Positions 23,862 through 34,000 of a DNA stretch of 43,561 nt are shown here, in pieces. The notes under the pieces are model-generated. The model did not search any database and was not told the DNA's origin. It saw only the letters and a program-made list of their open reading frames with translations. This DNA comes from Planctomycetota bacterium (GTDB taxonomy: Bacteria; Planctomycetota; PLA2; JAEUHO01): NCBI GenBank assembly GCA_029259795.1, contig JAJDEM010000264.1:1-43561 (forward strand). Reading direction: 5' to 3'. How positions within the stretch are numbered: the first letter of the stretch is position 1; each line of letters begins with the position of its first letter. The translations under genes and the position numbers were made by a program.

Positions 23862-26800
23862 TCCGTCGGGCGGCGACGGCGAGCATTTGGAAGTCCACGT
23901 GGCCAGGCGTTGCTTGCAGCTCCGCGAGCATCTGCTCGGTCCGGGCGATCAGCGGGCCGCGCGTCTGCGACCACACCGCGATGGCGTCGTGGGCATCGTC
24001 CGGGCGGTCCGGCATGGCCAGGATCGAGCGCGACAGGCTCACGTGCTCCGCCTCGAGATCTTCGAGCAGCGCCGTCACCGCGAGCTTGTCCCACGCACTG
24101 TCGGACGGAAGCAAGCCCGCCGACCGGCGGAGCCAGTCGAAGCCGAAGTGTGAGGCGATCGATGCGTGCAGCCGTGCCACGGACGCGACCGGGTAGCCTC
24201 CCTTGGCTGCAAGCTGTACGACATCCAGGGCCGCGGGCAAGGCCGGGAAGCGAGCGATCCGGGCGGCCAGGTCTGCGGGCGCGCGACGCTCCTCGAAGCG
24301 GCCGGCGCGTTCGCGAAGCGCCTGCTGCTGGCTCTCGCCGACGAGGTCATTCAGGTGGTTCATGACCTCGGAGACGCCGGGTTGGAACGCTGCGATCTCC
24401 TTCTCGATGTCGAGCGGAATCGAGGCGTTCCTCAGGAACCAGACCGTGCCGCGCTCCGTCAAGCGTCCGCAGTCGGCGAGGAGGTCTGCCTGCAGGGCGG
24501 CGGGGATCTTGTTGTCCAACGCCTCGATCTCGCTCCAGAGGGCCTCGAGGCCGAAGACGGCTTTCGTGATCTCGTAGGCGCGGGCGATGTCCGCCGCTTC
24601 GTGGCCGGTCTTCTCACGCACCTCGTGCACGAAGCCGATGCCACTGCGGTTCACCATCTCGTTTGTGACCACCGTGGCAATGATCTCGCGATGGAGTCGG
24701 TGGGTACGCATGTGGCCGGCAAACCGCTCGCGCAGTGGCGTGGGGAAGTAGTTCTCGAGAACGGGGATGAGCGCCTCGTCGTCCGGCAGATCCGAGGCCA
24801 GAAGCTCGTCGTAGAGCTCCATCTTGGCGTAGGAGAGCAGCACGGAGAGCTCCGGACGCGTCAGGCCCGCGCCGCGAGCCGAGCGCTCGGTCAACTCGTC
24901 GTCCGCCGGCAGGAACTCGATGGCGCGGTCGAGGCGGCCGCTCTTCTCCATCCGGCGGATGAAGCGCGCGAACCGATCGAGGAGGTGGACGCCAAGCTTC
25001 TGCGAGATCGTGAGGCTCTGGGTCTGGAGGTAGTTGTCTCGAAGTACGAGCTCCGCGACCTCGTCGGTCATGGCGCGTAGCAGCTCATCGCGCTGCGGCC
25101 GCGTGAGGTCTCCGCTCCGCTCGGCCTCCCCGAGGAGGATCTTGATGTTGACCTCGTGGTCGGAGCAGTCCACACCCGCGGAGTTGTCGATTGCGTCGGT
25201 GTAGAGGCGGCCGCCGCGGAGGGCGAACTCGACGCGGGCCGGCTGCGTCAGGCCGAGGTTGGCGCCTTCGCCCACGACGTCGGCGCGCAGCTTCTTGGCT
25301 GTGATCCGAACCGCATCGTTGGCGCGGTCGCCGACGGCGCTGTCCGCCTCGCGGGAGGAGCGTACATAGGTGCCGATGCCGCCGAGCCAGAGGAGCTCGA
25401 CGTCGGCCTGCAGCAGCGCGTGGATGAGCTCGTTGGGCGTTGCATGCGCGCCTTCGAGTCCACTCAAGGCGCGCATCTCATCAGAGAGCGGGATGGACTT
25501 CACATCCCGCGCCCAGACACCACCGCCCTTCGAGATCAAGGCCGCCTCGTAGTCTTCCCACGTGGAGCGGGGGAGGTCGAAAAGCCGCTGGCGCTCCGCG
25601 AAGCTCACGGCGGCATCCGGCGTCGGGTCGATGAAGATGTGCAGGTGGTTGAAGGCGGCGAGCAGCAGCGTGTGCTTCGAGAGCAACATCCCATTGCCGA
25701 ACACGTCGCCGGACATGTCGCCTACACCAACGACGGTGAAGGTCTCTTCCTGGATGTTCTTGCCGAGCTCGCGGAAATGCCGCTTGACGGACTCCCACGC
25801 GCCGCGGGCTGTAATCCCCATCTTCTTGTGGTCGTAGCCGACCGAGCCGCCGGAAGCGAACGCGTCGTCGAGCCAGAATCCGTACTCGCGGGCGATGCCG
25901 TTGGCTGTGTCGGAGAACGTCGCGGTGCCCTTGTCGGCGGCAACGACCAGGTAGGGGTCGTCCTCGTCGCGCCGTACAACCGACTGCGGGGGAATGACCT
26001 CCTGGCCATCGATGTTGTCGGTGAGGTCGAGGAGTCCGCAGATCAACATGCTGTAGCAGGCGACGACTTCGTCCCAGAGCTCGGCGCGGTCCGCGGGCGG
26101 GCGCTTGACGACGAAGCCGCCCTTGGAGCCGACCGGCACGATGACGGCGTTCTTCACCATCTGGGCCTTCATGAGGCCGAGGACCTCCGTTCGGAAGTCC
26201 TCCGGGCGATCCGACCAGCGCAGCCCACCGCGCGCGACGCGGCCGCCCCGGAGGTGGATTCCCTCCATGCGCACGGAGTAGACGAAGATCTCCCAGAGCG
26301 GGCGCGGCTTCGGCAGATCCGGGATCTTGTGCGACTCGATCTTGAACGAGAGGTAGGCCTTGGGCTGGCCGTACCCGTCGAGCTGGAAGTGGTTGGTGCG
26401 GGCCGTGGCTTCGATCGCGGTGAGGAAGGCTCGGAGGATGCGGTCTTCGTCCAGGCTCGTGACGCCTTCGAGTGTGCGTTCAATCGCGCCGACGAGCGTC
26501 GCAGCCTCTGCGTCCCGGTCTCCGTCGAACGCCGGATAGAACCGGGTGTGGAAGAGGGCGATGAGGTTGCGGGCAACGCCCGGGTGACTGGCGAGCACGC
26601 GCTCCATGTAGACCTGCGAGAAGGCGATGGGGGCCTGGCGGAGGTACTTGCAGTACGCGCGGAGGATGGTGACGTCCCGCGGGCGCAGGCCAGCGCGCAT
26701 GACGAGCTGATTGAAGCCGTCGTTCTCCTGCTGGCCGCTCCAGACGCGCGAGAACGACTCGTGGAAGCCCTCCCGAATCGACTTGAGGTCGATGGCGGAG

Positions 26801-28635
26801 TTGTCGTGGGAAACGAGGTCGAAGTCGCGGATCCAGACCAGGCTCTCTACGCCCCGGGCGCGGATGCGGTAGGGCACCTCGCGCATGACCCGCAGACCCA
26901 TGTTCTCCAGTACGGGAAGCACGTCCGAGAGCGGGGCGGCGGCGCCGCACGAGTAGAGCTTGAAGTTCACCTCGTGGGGAGCGGCATCGCCTGCCCGGTA
27001 GAGGTTCATCGTAAAGGCGTCGGCGCTGATGGCGCTCTCGAGCGAGGTGATGTCCTTGACGGCGATGGCGGGGCTGTAGGTGTCCCGGTAGCTCGACGGG
27101 AAGGCCGAGCCGAAGCGCTCGTAGATCCGTAGCCCGGCGTTCTCGCCGTGGGCGTCGACGAGGGCTTCGCTGAGGTGGTCTTTCCAGGGGCGGCTGGTCT
27201 CGAGCAGGCGCGCGCTGATCTCGTCGGCGTCCCAGGCAGGAATGGCGCCGGGGGTGGTCTCGACAAGCACATGCAGGCGTGCGTGCGCCTCCGTGGTCAT
27301 GCGTGTGTAGTAGTTGGTGATCCGTCCGTCGAAGGCTTCTTCGAGGATTTCCTGGAAGCGCAGACGCAGCTCGGTGTCGTAGTGATCGCGCGGCACGAAG
27401 ATCAGGCAGCTGATGTAGCGCTGCAGCGGATCCACCCGCGGAAAGAACGCGATGGTCGGCCGCTCGTGGAGGCTCAGGATGCCGAGGGCGATCTCTCGGA
27501 GGTGATCGGGGCCGATCTGATAGAGCTCGTCGCGCGGGTAGGTGTCGAGGATGTGCGTGAGGGTCTTGTAGTTGTAGCTCTCGCGGTGGAAGTCCGTCGC
27601 GGAGAGGACGGTCTCGACCTTGGTGCGGATGATCGGGATTTCGGCCGGGCTGAGGCCGTAGGCGCGCGAGGTGAAGAGTCCGATGAAGAGGAACTCGCCC
27701 GTGACCTCGCCGTTGGGGCCGTGGCGCTTGACACCGATCGCGTCCATCGGCACCGGGCGGTGAACCGTGGAGTCGCGGTTGGTCTTCGTAATGCGGATCG
27801 CGCTGCCTTGTGCCAGCTCAGCCGGGTGACGGTCTCCCGAGAAGAGCCCATCGAACACGGATGCGATGGCATCGCGCAAGATGCCGAGCCCGCTGCCGGG
27901 CAAGACGCGGGCTTCGGCACCGTCAAACTCGTACGTGCGGTAGCCGAGGAACGTGAAGTGGTCTTGGAGGAGCCAGCGCAGGAACGCCACGGCTTCGCCT
28001 TGTTTGGGCTGTCGCTCGGCTAGCTCTGCAGCGACCTCCTCGCAGCGTGACGCCATCGGAGCGAAGTCGGAGACGGCTGTTCGCACCTCCGCGAGAACCT
28101 GCTTGAGCTCGGCGGTGAGCGGCGCGAGGCGGTCGGCCGGCTGCTCGGCGACGGCGATGTGCATGAACGACTCGCGGCCGGTCCCATCCTCCATCGTTCC
28201 AGGCATGTCGACCTCGAGGAGGTTGCCTGCGGCGTCCCGCTTCACATCGAAGATCGGGTGGATGATCAGCCGCACCGGGGCGTCGTGACGGTTGAGCCAG
28301 GCGGCGACTGACTCCAGCAGGAAGGGCATGTCATCCGTGACGATCTCGATGATCGTATGGCTCGACGCCCAGCCGTCCTCCTCGGCGTGCGGTGCGTAGA
28401 CCTTGACGGCCGGCGTACCGACGGTGCGCGTCGCCGCGAGGCGCCACATCGCAAGGACGCCGCCGCAGAGGTCATCGGTGCTGCGCTGAACCAGGTCGCC
28501 GGGCGACACGTGTGCGTAGAAGTGCCGCACGAACGGCTCGATCGAGTCGGTTCGCTCTTGGGCGGGTCGTTCACGGACGCGCTCGACGATCTGGTTGATC
28601 AGATCGGCCTTGCGCTCTCTCGCGCTCGTGGACAT
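23842..28635 (-). CDS. gdhB: Large NAD-specific glutamate dehydrogenase (~180 kDa Bac_GDH family)
   Basis: 1597 aa from ATG 28635, with GGAGG 5 nt upstream. The core RGGLRWSDRPEDFRTEVLGLMKAQMVKNAVIVPVGSKGGFV is typical of the family. The track extension to 28734 is not needed. Confidence 0.95.
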   Translation of the reverse strand: MSTSARERKADLINQIVERVRERPAQERTDSIEPFVRHFYAHVSPGDLVQRSTDDLCGGVLAMWRLAATRTVGTPAVKVYAPHAEEDGWASSHTIIEIVTDDMPFLLESVAAWLNRHDAPVRLIIHPIFDVKRDAAGNLLEVDMPGTMEDGTGRESFMHIAVAEQPADRLAPLTAELKQVLAEVRTAVSDFAPMASRCEEVAAELAERQPKQGEAVAFLRWLLQDHFTFLGYRTYEFDGAEARVLPGSGLGILRDAIASVFDGLFSGDRHPAELAQGSAIRITKTNRDSTVHRPVPMDAIGVKRHGPNGEVTGEFLFIGLFTSRAYGLSPAEIPIIRTKVETVLSATDFHRESYNYKTLTHILDTYPRDELYQIGPDHLREIALGILSLHERPTIAFFPRVDPLQRYISCLIFVPRDHYDTELRLRFQEILEEAFDGRITNYYTRMTTEAHARLHVLVETTPGAIPAWDADEISARLLETSRPWKDHLSEALVDAHGENAGLRIYERFGSAFPSSYRDTYSPAIAVKDITSLESAISADAFTMNLYRAGDAAPHEVNFKLYSCGAAAPLSDVLPVLENMGLRVMREVPYRIRARGVESLVWIRDFDLVSHDNSAIDLKSIREGFHESFSRVWSGQQENDGFNQLVMRAGLRPRDVTILRAYCKYLRQAPIAFSQVYMERVLASHPGVARNLIALFHTRFYPAFDGDRDAEAATLVGAIERTLEGVTSLDEDRILRAFLTAIEATARTNHFQLDGYGQPKAYLSFKIESHKIPDLPKPRPLWEIFVYSVRMEGIHLRGGRVARGGLRWSDRPEDFRTEVLGLMKAQMVKNAVIVPVGSKGGFVVKRPPADRAELWDEVVACYSMLICGLLDLTDNIDGQEVIPPQSVVRRDEDDPYLVVAADKGTATFSDTANGIAREYGFWLDDAFASGGSVGYDHKKMGITARGAWESVKRHFRELGKNIQEETFTVVGVGDMSGDVFGNGMLLSKHTLLLAAFNHLHIFIDPTPDAAVSFAERQRLFDLPRSTWEDYEAALISKGGGVWARDVKSIPLSDEMRALSGLEGAHATPNELIHALLQADVELLWLGGIGTYVRSSREADSAVGDRANDAVRITAKKLRADVVGEGANLGLTQPARVEFALRGGRLYTDAIDNSAGVDCSDHEVNIKILLGEAERSGDLTRPQRDELLRAMTDEVAELVLRDNYLQTQSLTISQKLGVHLLDRFARFIRRMEKSGRLDRAIEFLPADDELTERSARGAGLTRPELSVLLSYAKMELYDELLASDLPDDEALIPVLENYFPTPLRERFAGHMRTHRLHREIIATVVTNEMVNRSGIGFVHEVREKTGHEAADIARAYEITKAVFGLEALWSEIEALDNKIPAALQADLLADCGRLTERGTVWFLRNASIPLDIEKEIAAFQPGVSEVMNHLNDLVGESQQQALRERAGRFEERRAPADLAARIARFPALPAALDVVQLAAKGGYPVASVARLHASIASHFGFDWLRRSAGLLPSDSAWDKLAVTALLEDLEAEHVSLSRSILAMPDRPDDAHDAIAVWSQTRGPLIARTEQMLAELQATPGHVDFQMLAVAARRIKAMIA

Positions 28636-28789
28636 GGAGACCTCCGGGTGTGCGCATGGTGCCGGAGGCTGGCGGGGGACCCACGAAAAGTCACGCCGCC
28701 GAAAACCCCGGGCTGCCCTCGGCGCCGCGGCCATGTCGCCCGACCCCAGGCCCCGGTATCCTGCCCTTCCCCGGGGGGAGGTTGATCAC

Positions 28790-29596
28790 GTGCGACTTGC
28801 GGTGTTGGGCCTCGTGCTGGCTTCCCTGCTCCTGGGTCTGGTTGGGTGCCGCTCGAACATCGTGCGCCAAAGCGCCGAGGCGTTCACGCACCGACCGGGG
28901 ACGCGCGGGGCGCGGACCTTCCACTACCTGCTCTATCGCCCCCCGGCCCACGGGGCGCAGGCCGCCCCGGTCAGGAAATGGCCGCTCCTGCTCTATCTAC
29001 CGGGCTTTGTGTCCTTTGGGGATGACGTCCACCGCCTGGCGGACGGCGACCCGCCCGAGGAGATCGAGCGGGGCCGGGACTTCCCCATGGTGGTCATCAC
29101 GCCCATGACGCCGACGTTCCTCGAGCGCTGGTCGCCGCGGATGCTGATCGCCCTGATCGACGACGCGATCGCCCGCTACGACGTCGACCCAACCCGCGTG
29201 TACCTCTCGGGCGTGAGCTTTGGCGGCGCAGCCGTCTGGGATGTGATCAAGGCCTATCCCGATCGGATCGCTGCTGCCGTGCCGGTGTGCGGCTGGAGCG
29301 GCACGGGCGGCATGCAGCAGGCCTCCAAGGTGCCCGTCTGGGCGTTTCACGGCTCGCTCGACCTTTTCGTCCCGCCTCCGCTGCACAAGCAGGCAGCGAG
29401 GGCGCACCGCGCCGCGGGCGGGGAGACCCGCTGGACGTCCATTCCCGGCGCGATGCACTGGATCTGGAGCGAGACGTATCGCCGCGAAGATGTCTATGCC
29501 TGGATGCTCTCGCATCAAAAGGCCGCCCCGTCCGCGGAGCGCCTGCCAAGCCCGTCGGTCGTCAGCCCGTCGGCACCTGCCGCCCGCGCCAGGTGA
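28790..29596 (+). CDS. Alpha/beta-hydrolase esterase, probable lipoprotein
   Basis: GTG 28790 is preceded by GGAGG (28776-28780) and gives the lipobox-like VRLAVLGLVLASLLLGLVGC. Nucleophile elbow GVSFGG, then GSLDLFV (Asp) and GAMHWIW (His). An alternative ATG lies at 28733. Confidence 0.8.
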   Translation: MRLAVLGLVLASLLLGLVGCRSNIVRQSAEAFTHRPGTRGARTFHYLLYRPPAHGAQAAPVRKWPLLLYLPGFVSFGDDVHRLADGDPPEEIERGRDFPMVVITPMTPTFLERWSPRMLIALIDDAIARYDVDPTRVYLSGVSFGGAAVWDVIKAYPDRIAAAVPVCGWSGTGGMQQASKVPVWAFHGSLDLFVPPPLHKQAARAHRAAGGETRWTSIPGAMHWIWSETYRREDVYAWMLSHQKAAPSAERLPSPSVVSPSAPAARAR

Positions 29597-30659
29597 CGCG
29601 CTTGAGCACGTGCGTGAACCAGAGGGAGCGCAGTAGCAGCGTGACGAACCACAGCACGTGCAGCGGGTAGAGCAGCGCGTTCAGGATGCTGAAGTTGCCC
29701 ACCAGCCGGGCCATCACACCGAGCTGGATGGCGTACAGGGCGCAGAAGACCCGGCAGGTCCAGCTGATCTCGACGCCGCCGCCCCAGCGCCATACGCCGA
29801 CGCTGAAGGTCAGGTAGACCGTAATGGCAGCCAGGCGCAGGAAGGGCAGCGCCCAGGCACCGGTGCCGTAGTTCTTCGTCCAGCCTTCGAGCAGCGACCG
29901 GAAGCCGTCGGGGTACATCCGGAACGAGACATCCGAGCCGCCGCCGAGGTTCGTCACCCGATGGCCGCCCGCCGAGTAGAGGCTGGTGAGGGCAAAGTCC
30001 TCGATCACGCTGCTCTTGACGGCCGCATGGCCTCCTACGGAAAGGTAATCCGCCTTCGTCGTGACCATGAACGGCCCAAAGCCGGCCTGCGGCCTCTTGG
30101 GGGGCAGGAGGCTGCCTGCGCCCGTCGCCATGAGCGAGACGATGTTGAAGAGCCAGCTCAGGTTCTCGTAGGGGCGCTCGATGCGGTGGTATGGCCAGAT
30201 GGTGAGGAGGCCGCCCTGCCGGTTCCGCTCCGCAACGGCCCGCGCGACGGCATCTGCGGCCACGCGCACGTCCGCGTCGAGGAACACCAGCGTGCCGCCG
30301 TCCACGGCGGCGGCGCCGGTGTGGCAAGCCCAGGTCTTGCCGAGCCAGCCGTCGCGGAGCGCCGACGCCGCGATGACCTCGACGAACTCGAAGCTCCGGG
30401 CGATCGCGGCGGTTTCGTCCTCCGAGCCGTCATCGACCACGATGACGCGACAGCCCTCGGGGCGCTGCGCCTCGAGGTCACCGAGTATGTTTGGCAGTGA
30501 GCTCGCCTCGTTGCGCGCCGGGATGATGATGGTGACCGGATCGCCCGAGGTGGCGTCGTCGTTCGCTTTCGGGAGTTCGCGTGGGAGGCGGGGAATCCGG
30601 AAGAGCAGTATCCAGCCGAGCAGCCAGGCGAGACCCATGCAGAGCTTGATGACCGACAT
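29562..30659 (-). CDS. Family-2 glycosyltransferase, membrane-associated
   Basis: IIIPARNEASSLPNIL, VIVVDDGSED and FLDADV, with N- and C-terminal hydrophobic helices. The subfamily cannot be assigned from sequence alone. Confidence 0.85.
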   Translation of the reverse strand: MSVIKLCMGLAWLLGWILLFRIPRLPRELPKANDDATSGDPVTIIIPARNEASSLPNILGDLEAQRPEGCRVIVVDDGSEDETAAIARSFEFVEVIAASALRDGWLGKTWACHTGAAAVDGGTLVFLDADVRVAADAVARAVAERNRQGGLLTIWPYHRIERPYENLSWLFNIVSLMATGAGSLLPPKRPQAGFGPFMVTTKADYLSVGGHAAVKSSVIEDFALTSLYSAGGHRVTNLGGGSDVSFRMYPDGFRSLLEGWTKNYGTGAWALPFLRLAAITVYLTFSVGVWRWGGGVEISWTCRVFCALYAIQLGVMARLVGNFSILNALLYPLHVLWFVTLLLRSLWFTHVLKRVTWRGRQVPTG

Positions 30660-30696
30660 CGTGGGGGCGGTATAGCACGCCCCCGCGTGCGCACCG

Positions 30697-31062
30697 CTAC
30701 GGCAGGTTCGTGAGCCCCTGCACGAGCGTCATGCGCAGGGTCGGGTGGATGGCGACGTAGCGCTCATCGGCCAGCGCTCGAGCCAGGAAGTCCGCCGCCG
30801 CTTGGCGGACGGTGGGATCGAGGTCGTCGTGGAACGCCCGCGTCACGGGCTCCCACCAGAGGTCGGGTTCGCGCCCCTCGAGGGCGAGGAGTGCCGCCCG
30901 GCGGGCAAGGGCCGTCGGCCCGTGGGTGGCGCGGTAGCGGAGGGTCTTGATGACCTCGGGACTCGCAGCGGCACGCAGGGCCCGGCCGAGATCAAGCGCC
31001 TGGTCCTCGTTCTCCTGCAGCGGCCACCTCCACACCCCTTGCGTGGCCGAGCGGACGATCAT
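30697..31062 (-). CDS. Small HEAT-like repeat protein (121 aa)
   Basis: GC3-rich frame. HEAT-like segments ARRAALLALEG and DPTVRQAAADFLARAL. It sits between the BNR and GT2 genes on the same strand, with 33- and 37-nt gaps. Confidence 0.55.
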   Translation of the reverse strand: MIVRSATQGVWRWPLQENEDQALDLGRALRAAASPEVIKTLRYRATHGPTALARRAALLALEGREPDLWWEPVTRAFHDDLDPTVRQAAADFLARALADERYVAIHPTLRMTLVQGLTNLP

Positions 31063-31095
31063 CAGGAATTTGTCGAATTGGCGGCCCGGCGAACG

Positions 31096-34000
31096 CTACT
31101 TCGGCTCCCAGCGTGGCAGCTGCGCGGGGATCCACGGGGCGCCCGCGGCTTCCTGGCGGCGCCTCAGCTCGGCGTAGGGACCCGCCGCAAAGGCCAGCAG
31201 GTCGGCGTGCAGCGCGGTAAACAGCGCCTCCGTCCGTTCGACCTCGGCGATCTGGCTCGGGGTGGGTGCTGAGGTGACGGATCCCAGGTTGCTCGTCACC
31301 CCATGGATCCGCTGCCGGATGCCCGGCAGGCTCGGCCGATCTTGGGCTCGGCGCGTCGCGTCGCCGCCCAGGCGCGTCTGCAGGCTGCGCAGCTGCTCCC
31401 GCGCGGCCGCCACATGCTTCAAGTCGGCGAGATCGGCCGCGCCCGTGTCCAGTACGGCCTGGCGGAGGTGGTCAAGACCGGTACGCCACTCCCCAAGCAC
31501 CCGCCCGGAGGCGAGCACCGCCCGCTCCAAGCGTGCGGCCCGCCGCTGGAACTCGAGCGCCGCCGGCTTGTCCTTGGCAGCAAAGGTCGCGTGGTCAAGC
31601 GGTAGGACGTCGAAGGGCACCGGCGCATGCAGGCGCGACGGCACGCCGTCGGCGACGGCCACGAGCTCGACGGTGTACGTGCCCGGCAGGGCCAGGGGGC
31701 CGTTTGACTTCGCCGGCGCTCCGCTGCCCTGCACGGTGACGGGGCGGATGCCTGGGTAGCGCAGGTTCCAGGAGACCCGGTGCAGCCCCCTGCCGCGAGG
31801 GCCGCCGACGCGCGCGACGACGGCCCCACTGTCATCGCGAACGACCAACAGCACTTGAGGATCGCGCTCCTCGGCCTCCGCGCGCAGCGCTTCGAGACTC
31901 GGGTAGGGGATCTCCTCGCCCTTCTTGCGGAGCGCCTTCTCCTGTTTGCGACGCGCCTCCTTGCGTGAGAGCAGCTTCTCGCTCAGCCGGTAGCTGAACA
32001 CCGCACCAAACGCCGGGTTGGGGGCCCGGTAGTGGCCAGCCCCTTGAAAGCCGAGGCCGTTGCCTCCGCCGAGCCGACTCCGCTCGACGTAGCGCAGCGC
32101 GGGCTTCACCGGATACACGACAGCAGGCGACTGCAGGTTCTCCTCGGTGATGTGACGTAGCGGCGTGTAGTCGTCCAGGATGTAGAAGCCCCGACCGAAC
32201 GTCCCGAGTACGAGGTCGTTCTCGCGCTTCTGGATCACCATGTCCCGCACGGCGATGGTCGGGAGGCCGTTCTTGAGGCGCACCCAGTGCGCGCCGCGAT
32301 CGATGCTCGTGTAGACCCCGAACTCGGTACCGGCAAAGAGCAGGTCCGGCCGCCCATGGTCCTGGAGGATCGAGTAGACGACGTTGCGCTCGGGCAGGTC
32401 ACTGGCGATCGACGTCCACGTGGTGCCGCGGTCCTTGCTCATGAGCAGGTAGGGCTTGAAGTCTCCCTGCTTGTGGTTGTCAAACGCCGCGTAGACGGTG
32501 TCCTTCTCGGTCGGCGATGCGGTGAGGCAGCTCACGAATGTGTTGGCCGGGATGTCGGGGAAGGTCTCGATGGTGCGCCAGGCTGCGCCGCCGTTCTCCG
32601 TCACCTGGACGAGCCCGTCGTCCGTGCCGACGTAGAGCAGGGACGCGTCCAGCGGGGACTCATCAAGCGACACGATGGTGCCGTAGAAGCTCGTCGAGTC
32701 GTCCTTGGCGACTGCGTCCGGGCTTTGGATGCGGCCCATGACCTTGAGCTGGTTGCGATCGATCTGGCGTGTCAGATCGCCGCTGATGGCCGTCCAGCTC
32801 TCGCCCCGGTCGTCGGTCTGAAACAGCCGGTTGGCCGCGAAGTAGAGCCGCTGCGGGCTGTGGGCGCTGAGGATCAGCGGGCTGTCCCAGTTCCAGCGCA
32901 GCGGGTCGTCGTCGGGCGCTGCCCTGGGCTTGATGTCGACCCGCTCGCCGCTGCGCCGGTCGTGGCGCACCAGCCCGCCGTACTGCCACTGGGAGTAGAC
33001 CGTGTTCGGATCCTCCGGGTCGACGCGGGTCTCGTACCCATCCCCGCCCACCGTGATGAACCAGTCGGCGTTCGTGATGCCCACCTTGTCGGTGGTGCGT
33101 GACGGGCCGCCTTGGGAGTTGTTGTCCTGGGTGCCGCCGTACACGAAGTAAAACGGCTGCGACTCGTCGACACTGACCCGATTGATCTGCGTGATCGGCT
33201 GGTTGGCCTTGAAGTGCCAGTTCTTGCCGAGGTCGTGGGTGTCGTACACGCCGCCGTCGCAGCCGACCACGAGGTGCGTGTTGTCCTTGGGGTCGATCCA
33301 GAGGGCATGATCGTCCACGTGGCGGTTCTTGCGAGGCATGGCCGTGAACGTCGAGCCGCCGTCGTTCGTGACGCGCAGGATGGTGTGCAGCGCATAGACA
33401 CGATCCGCATTCACCGGGTCACAGACGATCTCGTTGTAGTACTGCGCACCGGAGGGCTTGTAGGAGCCGCGCTTGTGCCAGGAGGCGCCGCGATCCGTGG
33501 AGCGGTAGAACGCGCTCTTGCCCTGCGCAGCCTCCACGATGGCGTAGACGATGTCGGGGTTCACCGGAGAGACGCCGAGGCCGATGCGGCCCTTGTCGAC
33601 GCCCGGGAGGCCCTTCTCGATCTTCTGCCATGTCATACCGGCGTCTGTGGACTTGTAGATCGTCGACTCGGGGCCACCGTCGATGAGCGTCCAGACATGC
33701 CGACGTCGCTGCCAGGACGACGCGTAGAGCACATCGGGATTGCGCGGGTCGAAGTGCACTTCGTTCACCCCGGTGTCGTCGCTGACATGCAGGACGCGCT
33801 TCCATGTCGCGCCGCCGTCCGTCGTCTTGTAGAGCCCACGGTCGCCGCCCGCAGCCCACAGCGGACCCTGGGCCGCCACGTAGACCACCTGGGAGTTCCG
33901 CGGGTCGACCTTGATCATGCCGATGTGTTCGCTGGCCTTCAGTCCGGTGTTCTTCCAGCTCGCGCCGCCGTCGTCGGAGCGATAGACGCCGTCGCCAAAC

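Noticed and set aside
25156-28023. Plus-strand ORFs 24166..25080, 25156..27132 (658 aa), 27148..28023
   Set aside because: They are antisense to the 1597-aa NAD-GDH, whose frame is unambiguous.
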